From assembly GCA_951406725.2 (NCBI GenBank), contig OX597830.1:21018001-21082000 (forward strand): 64,000 nt of DNA, read 5' to 3'. The notes beneath the pieces were generated by a model. The model did no database searches. It saw nothing but the letters and a program-made list of their open reading frames with translations, and was not told where the DNA came from. This document shows positions 24,145 through 36,625 of the stretch, one piece after another (the stretch's first letter is position 1; each line of letters starts with the position of its first letter). Source of the DNA: Octopus vulgaris. Lineage: Eukaryota. The position numbers were made by a program, and so were the translations under genes.

Positions 24145-24474
24145 AATGAAAACATTCACACACACACACACACACACTTACAATACACAAGGCTTTTGTT
24201 TAGAGTGAGTGTTAATGTATAAAACTTAAACAATGTGCATTATTAACCTCTGTCAGCCCAAACTGTTCTCTTCCTCCCTGATTTAGACACACAGATGTCA
24301 GTTTATTCCAATTGTTTCTCTCCAGTTTCATTGTCATCTCGTGTTTGTCTTTCTGTTTGTCAGTTGTCTTGCTCACAATACACACACATTTAGACTTGCG
24401 CAACCTGTGTAACACACCACATCCATTCACTCACACACTCTCTCCTTTCTCTTTTGTTTTATTTACTTACCTGT

Positions 24475-24894
24475 CTATCAGTCCGTCTGTCTATCAATCA
24501 GTCCGGCTGTCTATCTATTTACCTGTCTATCTATCAGTCCATCTGTCTATCTATTTACCTGTCGATCTATCAGTCCGGCTGTCTATCTATTTACCTGTCG
24601 ATCTATCAGTCTACCTGTCTGTCTTTCTATCTGTCTGTCTATTTATCAATCAATCTATCTTTCTATCTATCTACCTGTCTGTCTACCTATTTATCTATCT
24701 ATCTATCTATCTACCTACCTACCTATCTATTTATCTATCCATCTATCTATCTACCCCCTTGTTTATCTATCTAGCTTTCTATTTATCTAACTATCTACCT
24801 GTCTGTCTATTTATCTATCTTTCTATCTATCTTTCTATCTACCTGTCTGTCTATCTATTTATCTATCTGTCTGTCTATCTATCTGTCTGTCTGC

Positions 24895-24953
<59 letters not shown>

Positions 24954-25025
24954 CCTGTCTGTTTATCTTTTTACCTGTCTATCTATCTATCTATCTGCCT
25001 ATATGTCCACCCATCTCTCTATCTG
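24475..25025. repeat. (CTAT)n/(CTGT)n microsatellite
   Basis: Direct reading. Confidence 0.95.
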
Positions 25026-25415
25026 TTTACCTTCACCTCCTCATCAACCCTCACCCCGTGTCTTTTCTCTTCTCTTTTCTCTCCTCTCTCCTCCTCCTCC
25101 TCCTCCTCCTTCTCCATCTTCTCAATTATCCTCTTCCTTTATTCCTCCTCACTGTCTTCTCCACAGTCTCACTCTCCTCTCTCTCTCTCTCTCTCTCTCC
25201 TTTATCTCTTCACCTTTCCACTTACCTTTCCTCTTCTCCTTCTTCCCCCTAATTCCTCTTCCATTCTTCTCCTCTTGGTTCTTAGGTGTGTACTCAGTGC
25301 CAACTGAGACGGTTTTTCTGCTCTACCAGCTCAAATGTTACTTAACAGCATTCACTGATTGATTTTGTCGGTCGTCCCTCCACCCACTCGCACCTCCCTC
25401 CTCATCCCTCCCCTA

Positions 25416-25455
<40 letters not shown>

Positions 25456-25711
25456 AGCTGTAATTCCATCTCTCCCCACCACTACCACCACCACCACCAT
25501 CACCACAGACCAACCACCCAACCGGACCCGCCACCTTTCTGTCCATCCTCTACCCATGCCTTCCACGCCAACCAAGAAGAGACTAAGATGAATAGCAGAA
25601 ACAATCAGCAGCCAGCAGCAGCAGCAGCAGCAGCAGCAGTAGCAGCAGCAGTGTTGCAACTACAATGACGAGAACAACAACAACAACAACAACACTAATG
25701 CTAAGCCAGGT

Positions 25712-25725
25712 GTTGCCATGGTAAC
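25712..25725. promoter_or_regulatory. RFX X-box
   Basis: GTTGCCATGGTAAC fits the X-box consensus GTNRCC-N(0-3)-RGYAAC. Confidence 0.4.
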
Positions 25726-25949
25726 TGAGTATTATTTCAACAGACTGCCCTGTCCCCCTGCCACACCCAACACTTCCACCACCACCGCCACCACCACTAT
25801 CACCACTGCATCAACTCAGGCCACACTAGGCCAAGCCATGCTTTTGTTGCCAATTTCAGTGGAATCATTGTCGTCTGTTAAGAGATGGTGACCAACCATT
25901 GTGATGGTGATGCTGATGCTGACAGAGACAACAGGCATTGAAGGTAGCC

Positions 25950-26460
25950 ATATTGATGATGATGATGATGATGATGATGATGCTATTGGTGATGATGATG
26001 ATGGTGGTGGTGCTGGTGGTGATGATAGTGATGGAAATGTTGATCGTGGTGGTGGTTATGATGATGATGCTATTAGTAATGATGATGATGGTGGTGGTGA
26101 TAGTGATAGAAATGTTGATGGTGGTGGTGGTGGTGGTGATGGTTATGATGATGATGTTATTAGTAATGATGATGGTGGTGGTGGTGGTGGTGGTGGTGAT
26201 GATAGTGATGGAAATGTTGATCGTGGTGGTGGTTATGATGATAATGCTATTAGTAATGATGATGATGGTGGTGGTGATAGTGATGGAAATGTTGATCGTG
26301 GTGGTGGTGGTGGTGGTAATGGGTAGGATGATAGTGGTGGTGGTTATGATGATGATGTTATTAGTAATGATGATGATGATGGTGGTGGTGGTGATAGTGA
26401 TGGAAATGTTGATTGTGGTGGTGGTTATGATGATGATGTTATTGATGATGGTGGTGGTGG
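25950..26460. repeat. Compound minisatellite derived from GAT/GGT triplets
   Basis: GATAGTGATGGAAATGTTGATCGTGGTGGTGGTTATGATGATGATGCTATTAGTAATGATGAT repeated about five times with variable triplet runs. Confidence 0.9.
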
Positions 26461-26923
26461 TGGTAGTGAGGAAGATGGTGATGATGTTAGTGATGGTAAT
26501 GTTGTACGTGGTGGTGGTGGTGATGGTGATATGTCGATAAATATGCTGATGATGGTGGTGTGGTGGTTGTGTTGATGACAGCAATGGTTAATGGTGACAG
26601 TGATGATAATGATGATGATGATGCTGATGTGATGGTGCTGGTGGTAATGATAACTGTAACAACGATGATGATGATTATCAACATCATGGTATTGGTTATA
26701 GCGATGGTTATTATAATGGTAACACCAATATTCATATTGATGATGATGATGATTATGATGATATCAATGATGACAATGAGAGATATGATATCATGTAGTC
26801 CAAGGTCAGTCCTTATGAAAACAGGCATATGGTCAAAAGCCCTTTCAGCCACGACCATCTTGTCTATTTTAGGCACTACATACAGTATATCTTTACCAGA
26901 ACTATCAAACAATGAGATATCTG

Positions 26924-27009
<86 letters not shown>

Positions 27010-27248
27010 TGAAAAATAGGATAAAAATCTTTATAAGAATTTATTAAGTAGTTAGTGTGAAAAACCTCATAAGAGCAAAGTTAATTAATTATTCCTTTTA
27101 AATATATTTATTTATATTAAGGGCTTTATTATGCATAAATGCTTCATGCTGGGAAGGACTCTTAAAGTCGAAACTACTATAATAAACACATTGTACTGAA
27201 CGCGAGGGAATACAACTCTTGAAGCGAGCCTTTTAAAAACAGATTCAG

Positions 27249-27308
27249 CTGCAGGTCACATGATTTCATAATTAGTGCACAAAATGCACTTTTTAATCGT
27301 CAGTGCAG
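27249..27308 (-). ncRNA. Degenerate type-I hammerhead ribozyme motif
   Basis: Minus strand CTGCA | CTGACGA | ttaaaaAGTGCA-TTTTG-TGCACTaattat | GAAA | TCA-TG-TGA | CC | TGCAG; U16.1 is replaced by C. Confidence 0.6.
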
Positions 27309-28461
27309 GCATAATCAAGACACATAAAAATGAACATATATATATATATACATTCTGAGAGTATGATTATGAAGAAGTCTCATGCCCAGCTTGTCAAACC
27401 TGAGGCTATAGTAAAGATACTTGCCCAATGCACCACGGTGGGACTGAACCTGGAACCATGTGGATGAGAAGCAAGCTTCTTACCACACAGCCATGCACGT
27501 GCCTATATATAATATATATACATATATATATATAAGAGATACACCTCTACTTGGACAAATCTATTATTACACTCTGTGCTCAGCTTGGGCTTTTCTTTGA
27601 AACATATGTATATTAAGTTTCTAATATAAGGTTGTTAGTATCACTGTGCTTAAGCAAAATATTAAAATGCTAGCTGACCCCCATGCTGTCAATAATGATG
27701 GCTAACTAGTATTTTATTCATAAATAAGGTACATAATAATCACACATACAAACATTCACATACTTCCCTTGTACACGCGCACACATACACACGTATACTC
27801 ACACAGTTGAAACTCTGATTTTTTTCACCCCCTTCCTTCCTTATTCATCTATTACCCCTTCCTTTGTCTCAATGCTCTTACTTTCTCTCACTCCCTCTCA
27901 GTCAGGGCTATTACTCTCACTACTTCTCCTTCACTGAACTACTATTTTCTCTCCTCCTCTGCGTCTGGCGTGATTCTGGACAAATATATACACACACACA
28001 TATATATAAACACACACATATATATAAACACTATTCTCATTATTATATTAGTAGGTATATTAAAGTGATGTGTGGGTTTGTCTCTATTTGCCTTGACATT
28101 ACTTAGGCTGCAATGATGTTTCCGTCTCGTATGTATGAATGATATGTCTCACACGTTGGCAGTTCAATGTGTAAAGACAAGCTGAATAAAGTACTATACT
28201 TGTAAACAAGTTAGGGTTGGCATTAGAAAAACATCAGCCATTGAATTCTGTCCCCAAAATCATTTCACCTAACCCATGCCAGCACAGAAAATGTGGTAGG
28301 GATGGTTGTGGGATTGGCAACAGCAGCTGTGATGTCAATATAACAGTTGATGTCAATATAACAGATATGTTTCTGTTAGTTTAAGATTATTTCCTCAGCA
28401 TAGCGCAATGTCTGTATCATTCCTGGTTCACTCACATTGTAAAATAAGACACACATATACA

Positions 28462-28940
28462 AACTTTAGCTTTGGGTTTCTCCATAGCTCAGTACACTGG
28501 GCAGCAAGCTTCTTCCATCTGGTTCAGTTGGCTGCTACTCTTGGCACATCCATCCCAAGCAATGCTGACTGTCTTCAGGACAAATGTCCACTGCCAAAGG
28601 ATCTTTAGCCTGTCCCTTCTATGCCTGATGACAGGTGGTACCTAAGTCATGGCTATTTTCGGCTAGACAGAGAATGCTTCCAGCTTAGCCACATACACAA
28701 AAGAAGCCTTTAAAACAACAAATATAGATATCTACCCATCAGTTTCCTATAGTACTTTAGAAATCTCAGCACAAATACTACTAGGATACTCTCAAAGACT
28801 CCCTTCTGCATTAATCCAGATTCATAAGAGATCTTCACTGCCGAGGGATCATCTTACTTTGCTCTGCTCAGTTTCATACAGCTGTCATAGCATTTGAGTA
28901 AACCAGAAGCAGATAGGCTGAACAGAAGAAGGAGCGATAG
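28462..28940 (-). pseudogene. Decayed RTE-type LINE 3' end (ORF2 C-terminal remnant)
   Basis: Manual translation gives PKIAMT*VPPVIRHRRDRLKILWQWTF and VPRVAAN*TRWKKLAAQCTELWRN, resembling the W.P.G.R.RGRPK.TW...A.DR..W C-terminus of RTE-clade ORF2. Confidence 0.65.
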
Positions 28941-28950
28941 CAGCATAGAG

Positions 28951-29437
28951 AAATGGTTCTCAACCTTTTCTGTATCTGAGCTAAACCCAAAACCTGAACT
29001 TCTTTGTAGGGGTCTGCACCAAAAAAAGTAAAACACAAGTCAATTAAAGAAAAATTTATTACATTTATAGAGGGAAAACCATTGAGGGCTGCTGGAAGGA
29101 TGCTTGAGGGCCACATAAGGCCCTGTGGAGGCACATGGCTTAGTGGTTAGGGTGTCAGCATCATGATCATAAGATCGTGGTTTCGATTTCTGGACTGGGC
29201 AATGTGTTGTGTTCTTGAGCAATACACTCTATTTCACATTGCTCCAGTCCACTCAGCTGGCAAATATGTGTAATCCTGCAATAGACCGGCATCCTGTCTA
29301 GGTAGAAGATTTATATGCCATGGAAACCAGGAACCTGGCCTTTACGAGTCAGTATGACTCAAAAAGGTAACTTTTACCTTTCTTTTCTTTTTTGCGTTTT
29401 TACATAAGGTCCTGGAAATCACAGGTGAAAACTGCTG
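28951..29437. mobile_element. hAT (Charlie-type) MITE interrupted by a SINE
   Basis: Degenerate TIRs AAATGGTTCTCAACC and GGTGAAAACTGCTG; 8-bp TSD-like GCATAGAG and GCCTAAAG. Confidence 0.6.
29126..29401 (+). mobile_element. tRNA-derived SINE (family C/D-like head) with V-domain-like core and 13-bp TSD
   Basis: A box TGGCTTAGTGGTTAG, B box GGTTTCGATTTC, core CCTGCAATAGACCGGCATCCTGTCTAGG; TSD ACATAAGGCCCTG (29113-29125) and ACATAAGGTCCTG (29402-29414). Confidence 0.8.
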
Positions 29438-29489
29438 GCCTAAAGCCTCCAGCAAGCTGGCCAAAAAGAAAGAAGAGTACTTTTTGTCT

Positions 29490-30275
29490 TTTGACTTCTT
29501 TTATTTCTTTCAGTCATTAGACTACAGCCATGCTGGAGCACTGCCTCAGTTTATTTATTCATTTATTTTATTTATTTTTTCAAGTCTGCTGTTAATTTTA
29601 TTGGGCTCTGTTTGTCAGAGGGCTAAGTTACACAGTCTTAAGCAAACCAACATTGGTTGTCAAGCTGTGTCAGGGAACAAACACATATACATATTCTTTC
29701 TGAATTGTTTTGTACTTGTTTGAGTCATTTTGACTGCAGCCATGCTGGAGCACTGCCTTTTTAGTTGAAGAAATCAACCCCAGAGCTTATTCTTTGTAAG
29801 CCTGGTACTTATTCTATCAGTCTCATTTGCTGAACCTCTAAGTTATGGGGGACACAAACATGTCAACATTGTTTGTCAAGCAATGGTGGGGTGACAAACA
29901 CAGACACAAAGACACACACACAACAGGCACCTTTTCAGTTTCTATCTATCTACTGAATCCACTCACAAAGCTTTGGTCAGCCTGGGGCTATAATAGAAGA
30001 CACTTGTCCAAGGCACCACTCAGTGGGACTGAACCCAGAAGCATGTGGTTGGAAGCAAGCTTCTTACCACACACCCATGCCTATGCCTATACACACACAC
30101 ACGCACACACAGTGGGCTTCCACACAGTTTTCATCTACCAAATTTACTCACAAAGCATTAGATCGCCTGGGGCTATATTAGAAGGCTCTTAACCGAGGTA
30201 CCGCACTGTGGGACTGAACCCAAAGCCACAAGGTTGCAAGACAAGCTTCTTAACCACTAAAGCAATGACTGCATC
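29490..30275 (-). mobile_element. Three consecutive family A SINE copies or fragments
   Basis: Reverse-complement family A motifs at about 29490-29690, 29705-30085 and 30110-30275. Confidence 0.85.
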
Positions 30276-30555
30276 TTAGCCTGTCATCACCATCACTCAT
30301 ATGGATTAATGAATAAAGATTGGAGGTCTCTTGACTCCTCTTAAGTATGATGAACCCACTTGAAACTAGTTTGGGTTCTAATACAAAAACTTCATTTTAA
30401 AATATTCAGTATTTAAACTAAATAAAAAAAAAAGAGAAAAAAGCCATTATTATTTTATAAAAGAACCTTTTTGTTACCAGCAGCAACTTCATTATAGCAA
30501 AGTCATCCTCATCATCATCATCATCATCACCACCACCATCCCCATCATCAACATT

Positions 30556-30599
<44 letters not shown>

Positions 30600-30659
30600 T
30601 TTGGTATATGTTTACTTTTTCCACAATGGTATGGGTTGGGCATGTGTTCTTACTATAGT

Positions 30660-30975
30660 AAGCTGAAACCGGCTCTGGCTCTGTAATACAAATGTCTTGG
30701 TTTTATAAGTTTTGAATTAAAATCTTCCACCAAACCTTAGTCACAATTTATGTTCCTAACACTAGCTTAATGATAACTAAGTTATTTTATTAAATTCTTT
30801 GTTATATTTAAAATAATTGATGGAATAATTGACATCTTCAACATAACCTTAGTCACAATTTATGTTCCTAACACTAGCTTAATCATAACTAAGTTATTTT
30901 ACTAAATTCTTTGTTATATTTAAGATTAACTGAAAGAAACACAGAGCATCTCAAAATAATACTGTAACAAAAGGG
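30660..30975 (+). mobile_element. piggyBac-type MITE, 5'-truncated, with an internal ~90-bp tandem duplication
   Basis: Ends GTAACAAAAGGG|TTAA; AACCTTAGTCACAATTTATGTTCCTAACACTAGCTTAAT occurs twice; reverse complement of 31183-31404. Confidence 0.85.
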
Positions 30976-31182
30976 TTAAACAGCCTCATTTAACTCTTTC
31001 TTAACCTTATTTCCAACAAAATCCAGCCGGTATGTTTCGATTACTTTTTAAAATAACAAAGAATTTAAACAGGTTTTGATGAAGTAATCAGCGATACAGG
31101 TATGGTTGAGTAGTTCAAGAAATTTGCTTTGTAAATCATATAGCTCCAGGTTCAATTCCACTTTCAGCACCTTTAACTTTAA

Positions 31183-31404
31183 CCCTTTCATTACCGTATT
31201 TATTTTGAGATGTTCTGTGTTTCTTTCAATTAATTTTAAATATAACAAAGAATTTAGTAAAATGACTTAGTTATGATTAAGCTAGCGTTAGGAACATAAA
31301 TTGTGACTAAGGTTTGGTGGAAGATTTTAATTTGAAACTTATGAAAATGAGACATTTGTACTACAGAGCCAGAGCCGGTTTCAGCTGGGTTGGTATCAAA
31401 AGGG
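31183..31404 (-). mobile_element. Complete piggyBac-type MITE (222 bp)
   Basis: TTAA|CCCTTTCATTACC ... GGTATCAAAAGGG|TTAA. Confidence 0.9.
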
Positions 31405-31521
31405 TTAAGTTGTTTTGAGAGTAAAAGAAATAGTCAAAAGCTATAATCATCATTTTAACCTCATTCTATTTTTTTTACCCTACACTAGGGTGGTTTAAAG
31501 AAGTCTAGAGTATTTTTGGCT

Positions 31522-32095
31522 CACCCTACACTTTTTCATGAAGGATATGTTTGTGGACTCAAATGATTTATGAAAGGATCAGCTTATGAACCCTTAATAT
31601 TTCATGAAGGCATCAACATGTGGCCCTTAGTGTTTCATAAAGAGATCAGGCTATTGACTTTAACCCTTTAGCATTTTAATCTGGCCAAATGTCCAAACTG
31701 ACCAGATCCAGCTTTTCCAACATGACCTACAATGTCACTCTAAGGATAAAACTATCACATCATTCATTATTTCAAAGCTATGAGATAACACATGATTAAT
31801 TCAAAACAAGGGAAATGAATAAACATTACATTAGACAGAATAATCTGAATAATACTAAAAGGTTAATGTTTTATGAAGCCATCAATTTCTGAACCCTTAA
31901 TATCAACTTTTACATCCTAGTATTTCATGAAAGGTTATCATGTGAACCTTAATGTTTCATAACAGCATCAACTGATAGGTCTCAGTGTTTCGCAAGGACC
32001 CCATTGTTTCATAAAAAGACAAACCAGTGGACCCAAGTGTTTCAGGAAAGGATGACACTGTGAACCCTCTATCGTAGAATCATTTCATGAGGGAG
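31522..32095. repeat. Ancient degenerate ~33-bp minisatellite split by a MITE
   Basis: About 11 units resembling TTTCATGAAGGNATCAACNTGTGAACCCTTAGTG on both sides of 31664-31862. Confidence 0.75.
31664..31862. mobile_element. piggyBac-type MITE, second family
   Basis: TTAA|CCCTTTAGCATT ... AATACTAAAAGG|TTAA. Confidence 0.8.
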
Positions 32096-32681
32096 TAAGG
32101 ATTCAATATTATCTCATGAAATAATCAATCAGGACCAGATCTATAAATCAATAAGGATCAATATATACGGATAAATGTTATTATTTTAAATAAGTCAAGT
32201 CAAGTATAACCCTGGGGCCAGTTTCCCTGTTTCTATAGTAAAAAGTAACCAAGATCAAAACATTTCCCCCAGAATAGATAAATCAACATCATTATCATTT
32301 AACATCTGTTTTCCATGCTGGCATGGGTCGGACAGCTTGACAGGTATTGACCAGGGGATCACACCAGTTTCCATAGCCTGTTTTGGCTTGGTTCCTATGA
32401 CTGGATGCACTTTGTGCTGGGTGCTTTTGCATGTAGTACCAATGTTTTATGTGGTGAGGATAATAATTTTAACTTTCTAGACACCCCCTCCTTTTTTTTC
32501 CTTTCTAAAATAGACCCCTATATAAAGATCAATGAACCCTACCTCTCTCTTTCGCTCTGTCGTATTGATTGATAAGGCCCATGCTGCAGCATCACTTGAA
32601 ATACTCATCTTCAATTTAACCCCTTACATACCAATCTGCCCAACAAGACCCCTAGTTTTCGATACAAACTTCCTGTTTTAA

Positions 32682-33768
32682 CCCTTTCGTTACCAAACCG
32701 CCCAAAGCCGCCCGAAAAAATTTTGGTTAATGTGACCAAACCGCCCAAACCCGCCCGTATTTACCTATTCATATTTAAATGAGAATATCAGAGCAAATCT
32801 CTTTAGTACATTCGTGAAAACAAGTGATTATATTTCGTAAACAGTTCATCTACAGTTTTGTGCAACAATCGAAGTGTAATTTTAATTCCGTGAATTTTGG
32901 GAGATTTTTTTCCGAAATTTGTTCCTATTGTGTTTTCAAAATTTTTAATTCTGACAAAAAATGGATACGAATTTCATTATATCAAGCAGCGAGTCAGAAT
33001 TCAAGGGATTTTCTACTGAAGACCTTGATAAATCTAACTCTATGACTGAAAAAAAAAAGCATGTGGTATTTGATAATGAATCTGATGTTTCATTTTCCGA
33101 AAGTGAAAACTGTGAATCCGAGATCTCCGACTGCGATAAAGAAAATGAATTGGCACCTGAATGGAGTGAAAATTTAAAAACTGTTTCTTTCGGTGATTTT
33201 TCTGAAGAAACTGGACCAAGCCACAGACTTTCCCATGAGAGTAAAGCCTTAGACTATTTCTTTTTACTTTTTCGAATGAGCCTATTTGAAATCATTACGG
33301 CAGAAACGAACCGTTACGCTAAATGTAAACAAAGCGAAAGAAAGGATAGTTAGTGGTTTCCCACAACCTTAAATGAAATTAAGACTATTTTGCCATAAAT
33401 ATTATTATGGGTATCCGAAAGTTACCCAGAATAACAAATTCTATCGTAAAATTTTGTTGTATACCCAATTGAATATTAGCTAATAACCCATTTTCTATAG
33501 TGATGTTTGAACAAAATTTTAATAATTTTATATTTTGTTTAATTTACCTGTATCTACCTGCAATTAGAGTCACTTTGTGACAAAAATTATAGTATAGAAT
33601 TGGTTGAGAACATTTCATTAAATTATCTTCCAAAAATCACTTTAATATATTAATAAATAAAAAAAGTTATAGTTGTTTAATGAAACCAGACTAAATTTAT
33701 GATTATGTTAGAAATTAATTGAAACACATAAGGTGTGTATTTTGGTCAGAAATATAGTAACGAAAGGG
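32682..33768 (+). mobile_element. Internally deleted piggyBac transposon (1087 bp)
   Basis: Perfect 12-bp TIRs CCCTTTCGTTAC and GTAACGAAAGGG, TTAA TSDs (32678-32681, 33769-33772), subterminal direct repeats ACCAAACCGCCCAAA.CCGCCC. Confidence 0.95.
32961..33438 (+). pseudogene. piggyBac transposase N-terminal remnant (PGBD4-like)
   Basis: Acidic N-terminus, then LDYFFLLF...IITAETNRYA, a stop, WFPTTLNEIK, a frameshift and YFAINIIMGIRKLPR; DDD catalytic domain absent. Confidence 0.9.
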
Positions 33769-34279
33769 TTAAAAACCTACCATAAAAATTTCACGTTAAT
33801 TTATGCTTCAAACACCAACCTAATAACAAACAACAAAGTTATTTTATTAAATTTTTCATTATTTTCAAAATTAATTAAAATCAGTGTATTTCATTAGAAT
33901 TATAGAAAGAAAAGGATTAATTAGCCTAGTCCAAAGCTATTCATCTCTATGACTAAATGATTTGATCCTACAGTTTGTAGGTTCAATACCACTTCACTGC
34001 TGCAAATAAATGTTTGTGGAGCATATGATTTAATGGGTAGCTTCAGGTAATATTTTAAGACTTGGGACATGAGACCTGCTGGAAGTGAGAGACTGGTGTC
34101 TTATCCAGGAGTTCATTCACATCACATCCTCTAATGTTGTATTGTGTTTGGTTACATGTGTTATATTTTAAATGCCCCTGAGGAGTGTGTATAAATGTGG
34201 GTGTGTGTATATATCTATAGATAGATTGGTATATACATATATAAATTTATATAGAGATACATATACATAAATAAGTATG

Positions 34280-34562
34280 TGCCGCCAGACTGGCTCCCGT
34301 ACAGGTAGCACATAAAAACACCTTTTGAGTGTGAGTGTGGTCGTCGCCGGAACTGCCTGACTGGCCCTCATGCCAGTGACATGTAAATTGCACCCACTAC
34401 GCTCTTGTAGTGGTTGGCGTTAGGAAAGGCATCCAGCTGTAAAAACTTTGCCAGATCAAGATTGAGCCTGGTGCAACCTCTGGCTCACCAGTCCTCAGTC
34501 AAACCATCCAACCCATGCCAGAATGGAAAGCGGATGTTAATGATGATGATGATACATATATA

Positions 34563-34622
<60 letters not shown>

Positions 34623-34850
34623 CTTGAATATTGCACACAGGGAGCTAAAGATAGGGGGGACAAGCAAGGACAGACAAAGGGATTAAGTTGATTACATCGA
34701 CCCCAGTGTGTAACTGGTACTGCCTTTACTGACCCTGAAAAGATGAAATGCAAAGTCGACCTCAGTGGAATTTGAACTCAGAACGTAACAGCAGACGAAA
34801 CACAGCTAAGCATTCTGCCCGGCGTGCTAACGATTCTGGTAGCTCACCAC

Positions 34851-34852
<2 letters not shown>
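34280..34852. mobile_element. Family G plus (34280-34552) and family B minus (34625-34852) retroposons
   Basis: Family-diagnostic motifs as above. Confidence 0.85.
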
Positions 34853-34915
<63 letters not shown>

Positions 34916-35779
34916 CACATACACATACATAATTATATATATATGCACATACACATACATACAAGACTTTTTGTGTTACGTATGCATACATTTTGAAAGA
35001 GTAACCGTGCATGTACTCAAAATTAATGCATGTGTATTTGTGTGTGTGTGTGTGTGAGCACGTGTGTGTGTTTGTGTGTGTGTGTGTGCGTGCACAAATA
35101 AATGAGATTGACCTCTGGAATCATCCCTCTGCTCTCTTAAATCAGTGTAACTGCGTACAGCTGTGTATGTATGTATGTACCATACTTGTGTGTGTGTGTG
35201 TGTATGTGTATCTGTGTACATACGTGTGTGTGTGTGTGTGTGTGTGTGCTTGTATGCATGAATAAAAAAATAAATAAATAAAAACAGTCTTGAGGTGGGG
35301 GTTGGGGAGGGGGGCGTAGCATGAGGTGTGGATGGGGGGGTGTTGTATAAGCTGTGTTCAATCAGCTTTCTACCTTGTATGAACAGATGTGAACATGTGC
35401 AGTGTGTGTGTGTGTGTGTGTGGTGATGGAAGGAGAAGAAGAACGAGGAAGGGGAGGGTAGAGTTGCTGTTACTGCTGATGATGTGATGACTATGATGAT
35501 GATGATCATCATCATCATCATGATGCATGATGCTGGAGATGATGAGGATGATTGTGGCTTTGTTTCTTAGCTTCTTTATTGATTTCAAGTGAAAACCTCC
35601 AAGCCATCTTTCTGGCTCTGTCTGTGTGTCTGTGGCTGGCGATTCTCTCTTCTTTGTCTATCTCTCGCTCTCCCTTTTCTCTCTCTCTCTCCCTCTCCTC
35701 TCTCTCTCTCTCTCTCATTGACTCTCCATTTCTTTCTGTCACTGAATCTAATTGTCAGCCTATTTATTCGTTTGTGTAT

Positions 35780-35819
<40 letters not shown>

Positions 35820-36583
35820 GACACACATACATACATACATGTATGTATAAACATGTATATGTATATATACAGAGAGAGACAGACAGATAGACAGATGAAC
35901 AGAGAGAGATGTGTATGTATGTATTTCAAATTCAGTGGATGAGAGTATGTATGTGTGTGTGTGTGTGTGCATCTTTGTGTATATGTATGTATATATATAT
36001 ATATAGTATGTATATGTGTGTGTATATATATATATATGTGTGTGTGTGTGGATATATATATATGTGTGTGTGTGTGTGCATGTGTGTATATATGTATGTA
36101 TGTATATATATATATAATATGTATATGTGTGTATATAGATATGTATATATGTGTGTATATATATGTGTGTGTGTATGTGTGTATGTGTGTGTGTGTGTCT
36201 CAGAATATCTATCTACACACCTGTCTTACGTGTGTATGTGATTTCAATCAAATTGCACATATTCTTCTAATGGGGGTATATACGTGTGTGTGTATATGTG
36301 TGTTTGTGTGTGAGTGAGCCATAAGAGTCACACGTGGAGCTCTCTGTGAGCATGTGGGTTCATGTGTGTACATGTGAGGCGCCAACTCATTTTCATTACC
36401 TGTCCATAGAGTCTTGGCCTGTCAGCCTCTCGGATGCAGTTCCTCTGGGACATTACCGCTGCTGTTGCAACCTCCATTGTATAGTGTGTGCCACAGTATA
36501 TTCACCCTAACATCTCTGCACTATACTATATATATATGTATATATATACATATATATATATTTGTAAACAAGGGAAAATACAC

Positions 36584-36625
<42 letters not shown>

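Larger units (their letters stand above)
32620..33916 (+). mobile_element. Old piggyBac-type MITE split by a younger piggyBac element
   Basis: TTAA|CCCCTTACATACCAA at 32620 and AGAAAAGGA|TTAA at 33916; 33773-33916 resembles the 30660 and 31183 MITEs. Confidence 0.7.

Noticed and set aside
25901-26326. Asp/Gly-rich repetitive ORF (DDSDGNVDRGGGY)n resembling a structural or biomineral protein
   Set aside because: Derived from GAT/GGT triplet repeats that are open in several frames and on both strands; no signal peptide or splice context
28858-28917. 60-nt minus-strand exon candidate (LSASGLLKCYDSCMKLSRA) with good splice signals
   Set aside because: Lies inside the decayed RTE LINE fragment; no partner exons
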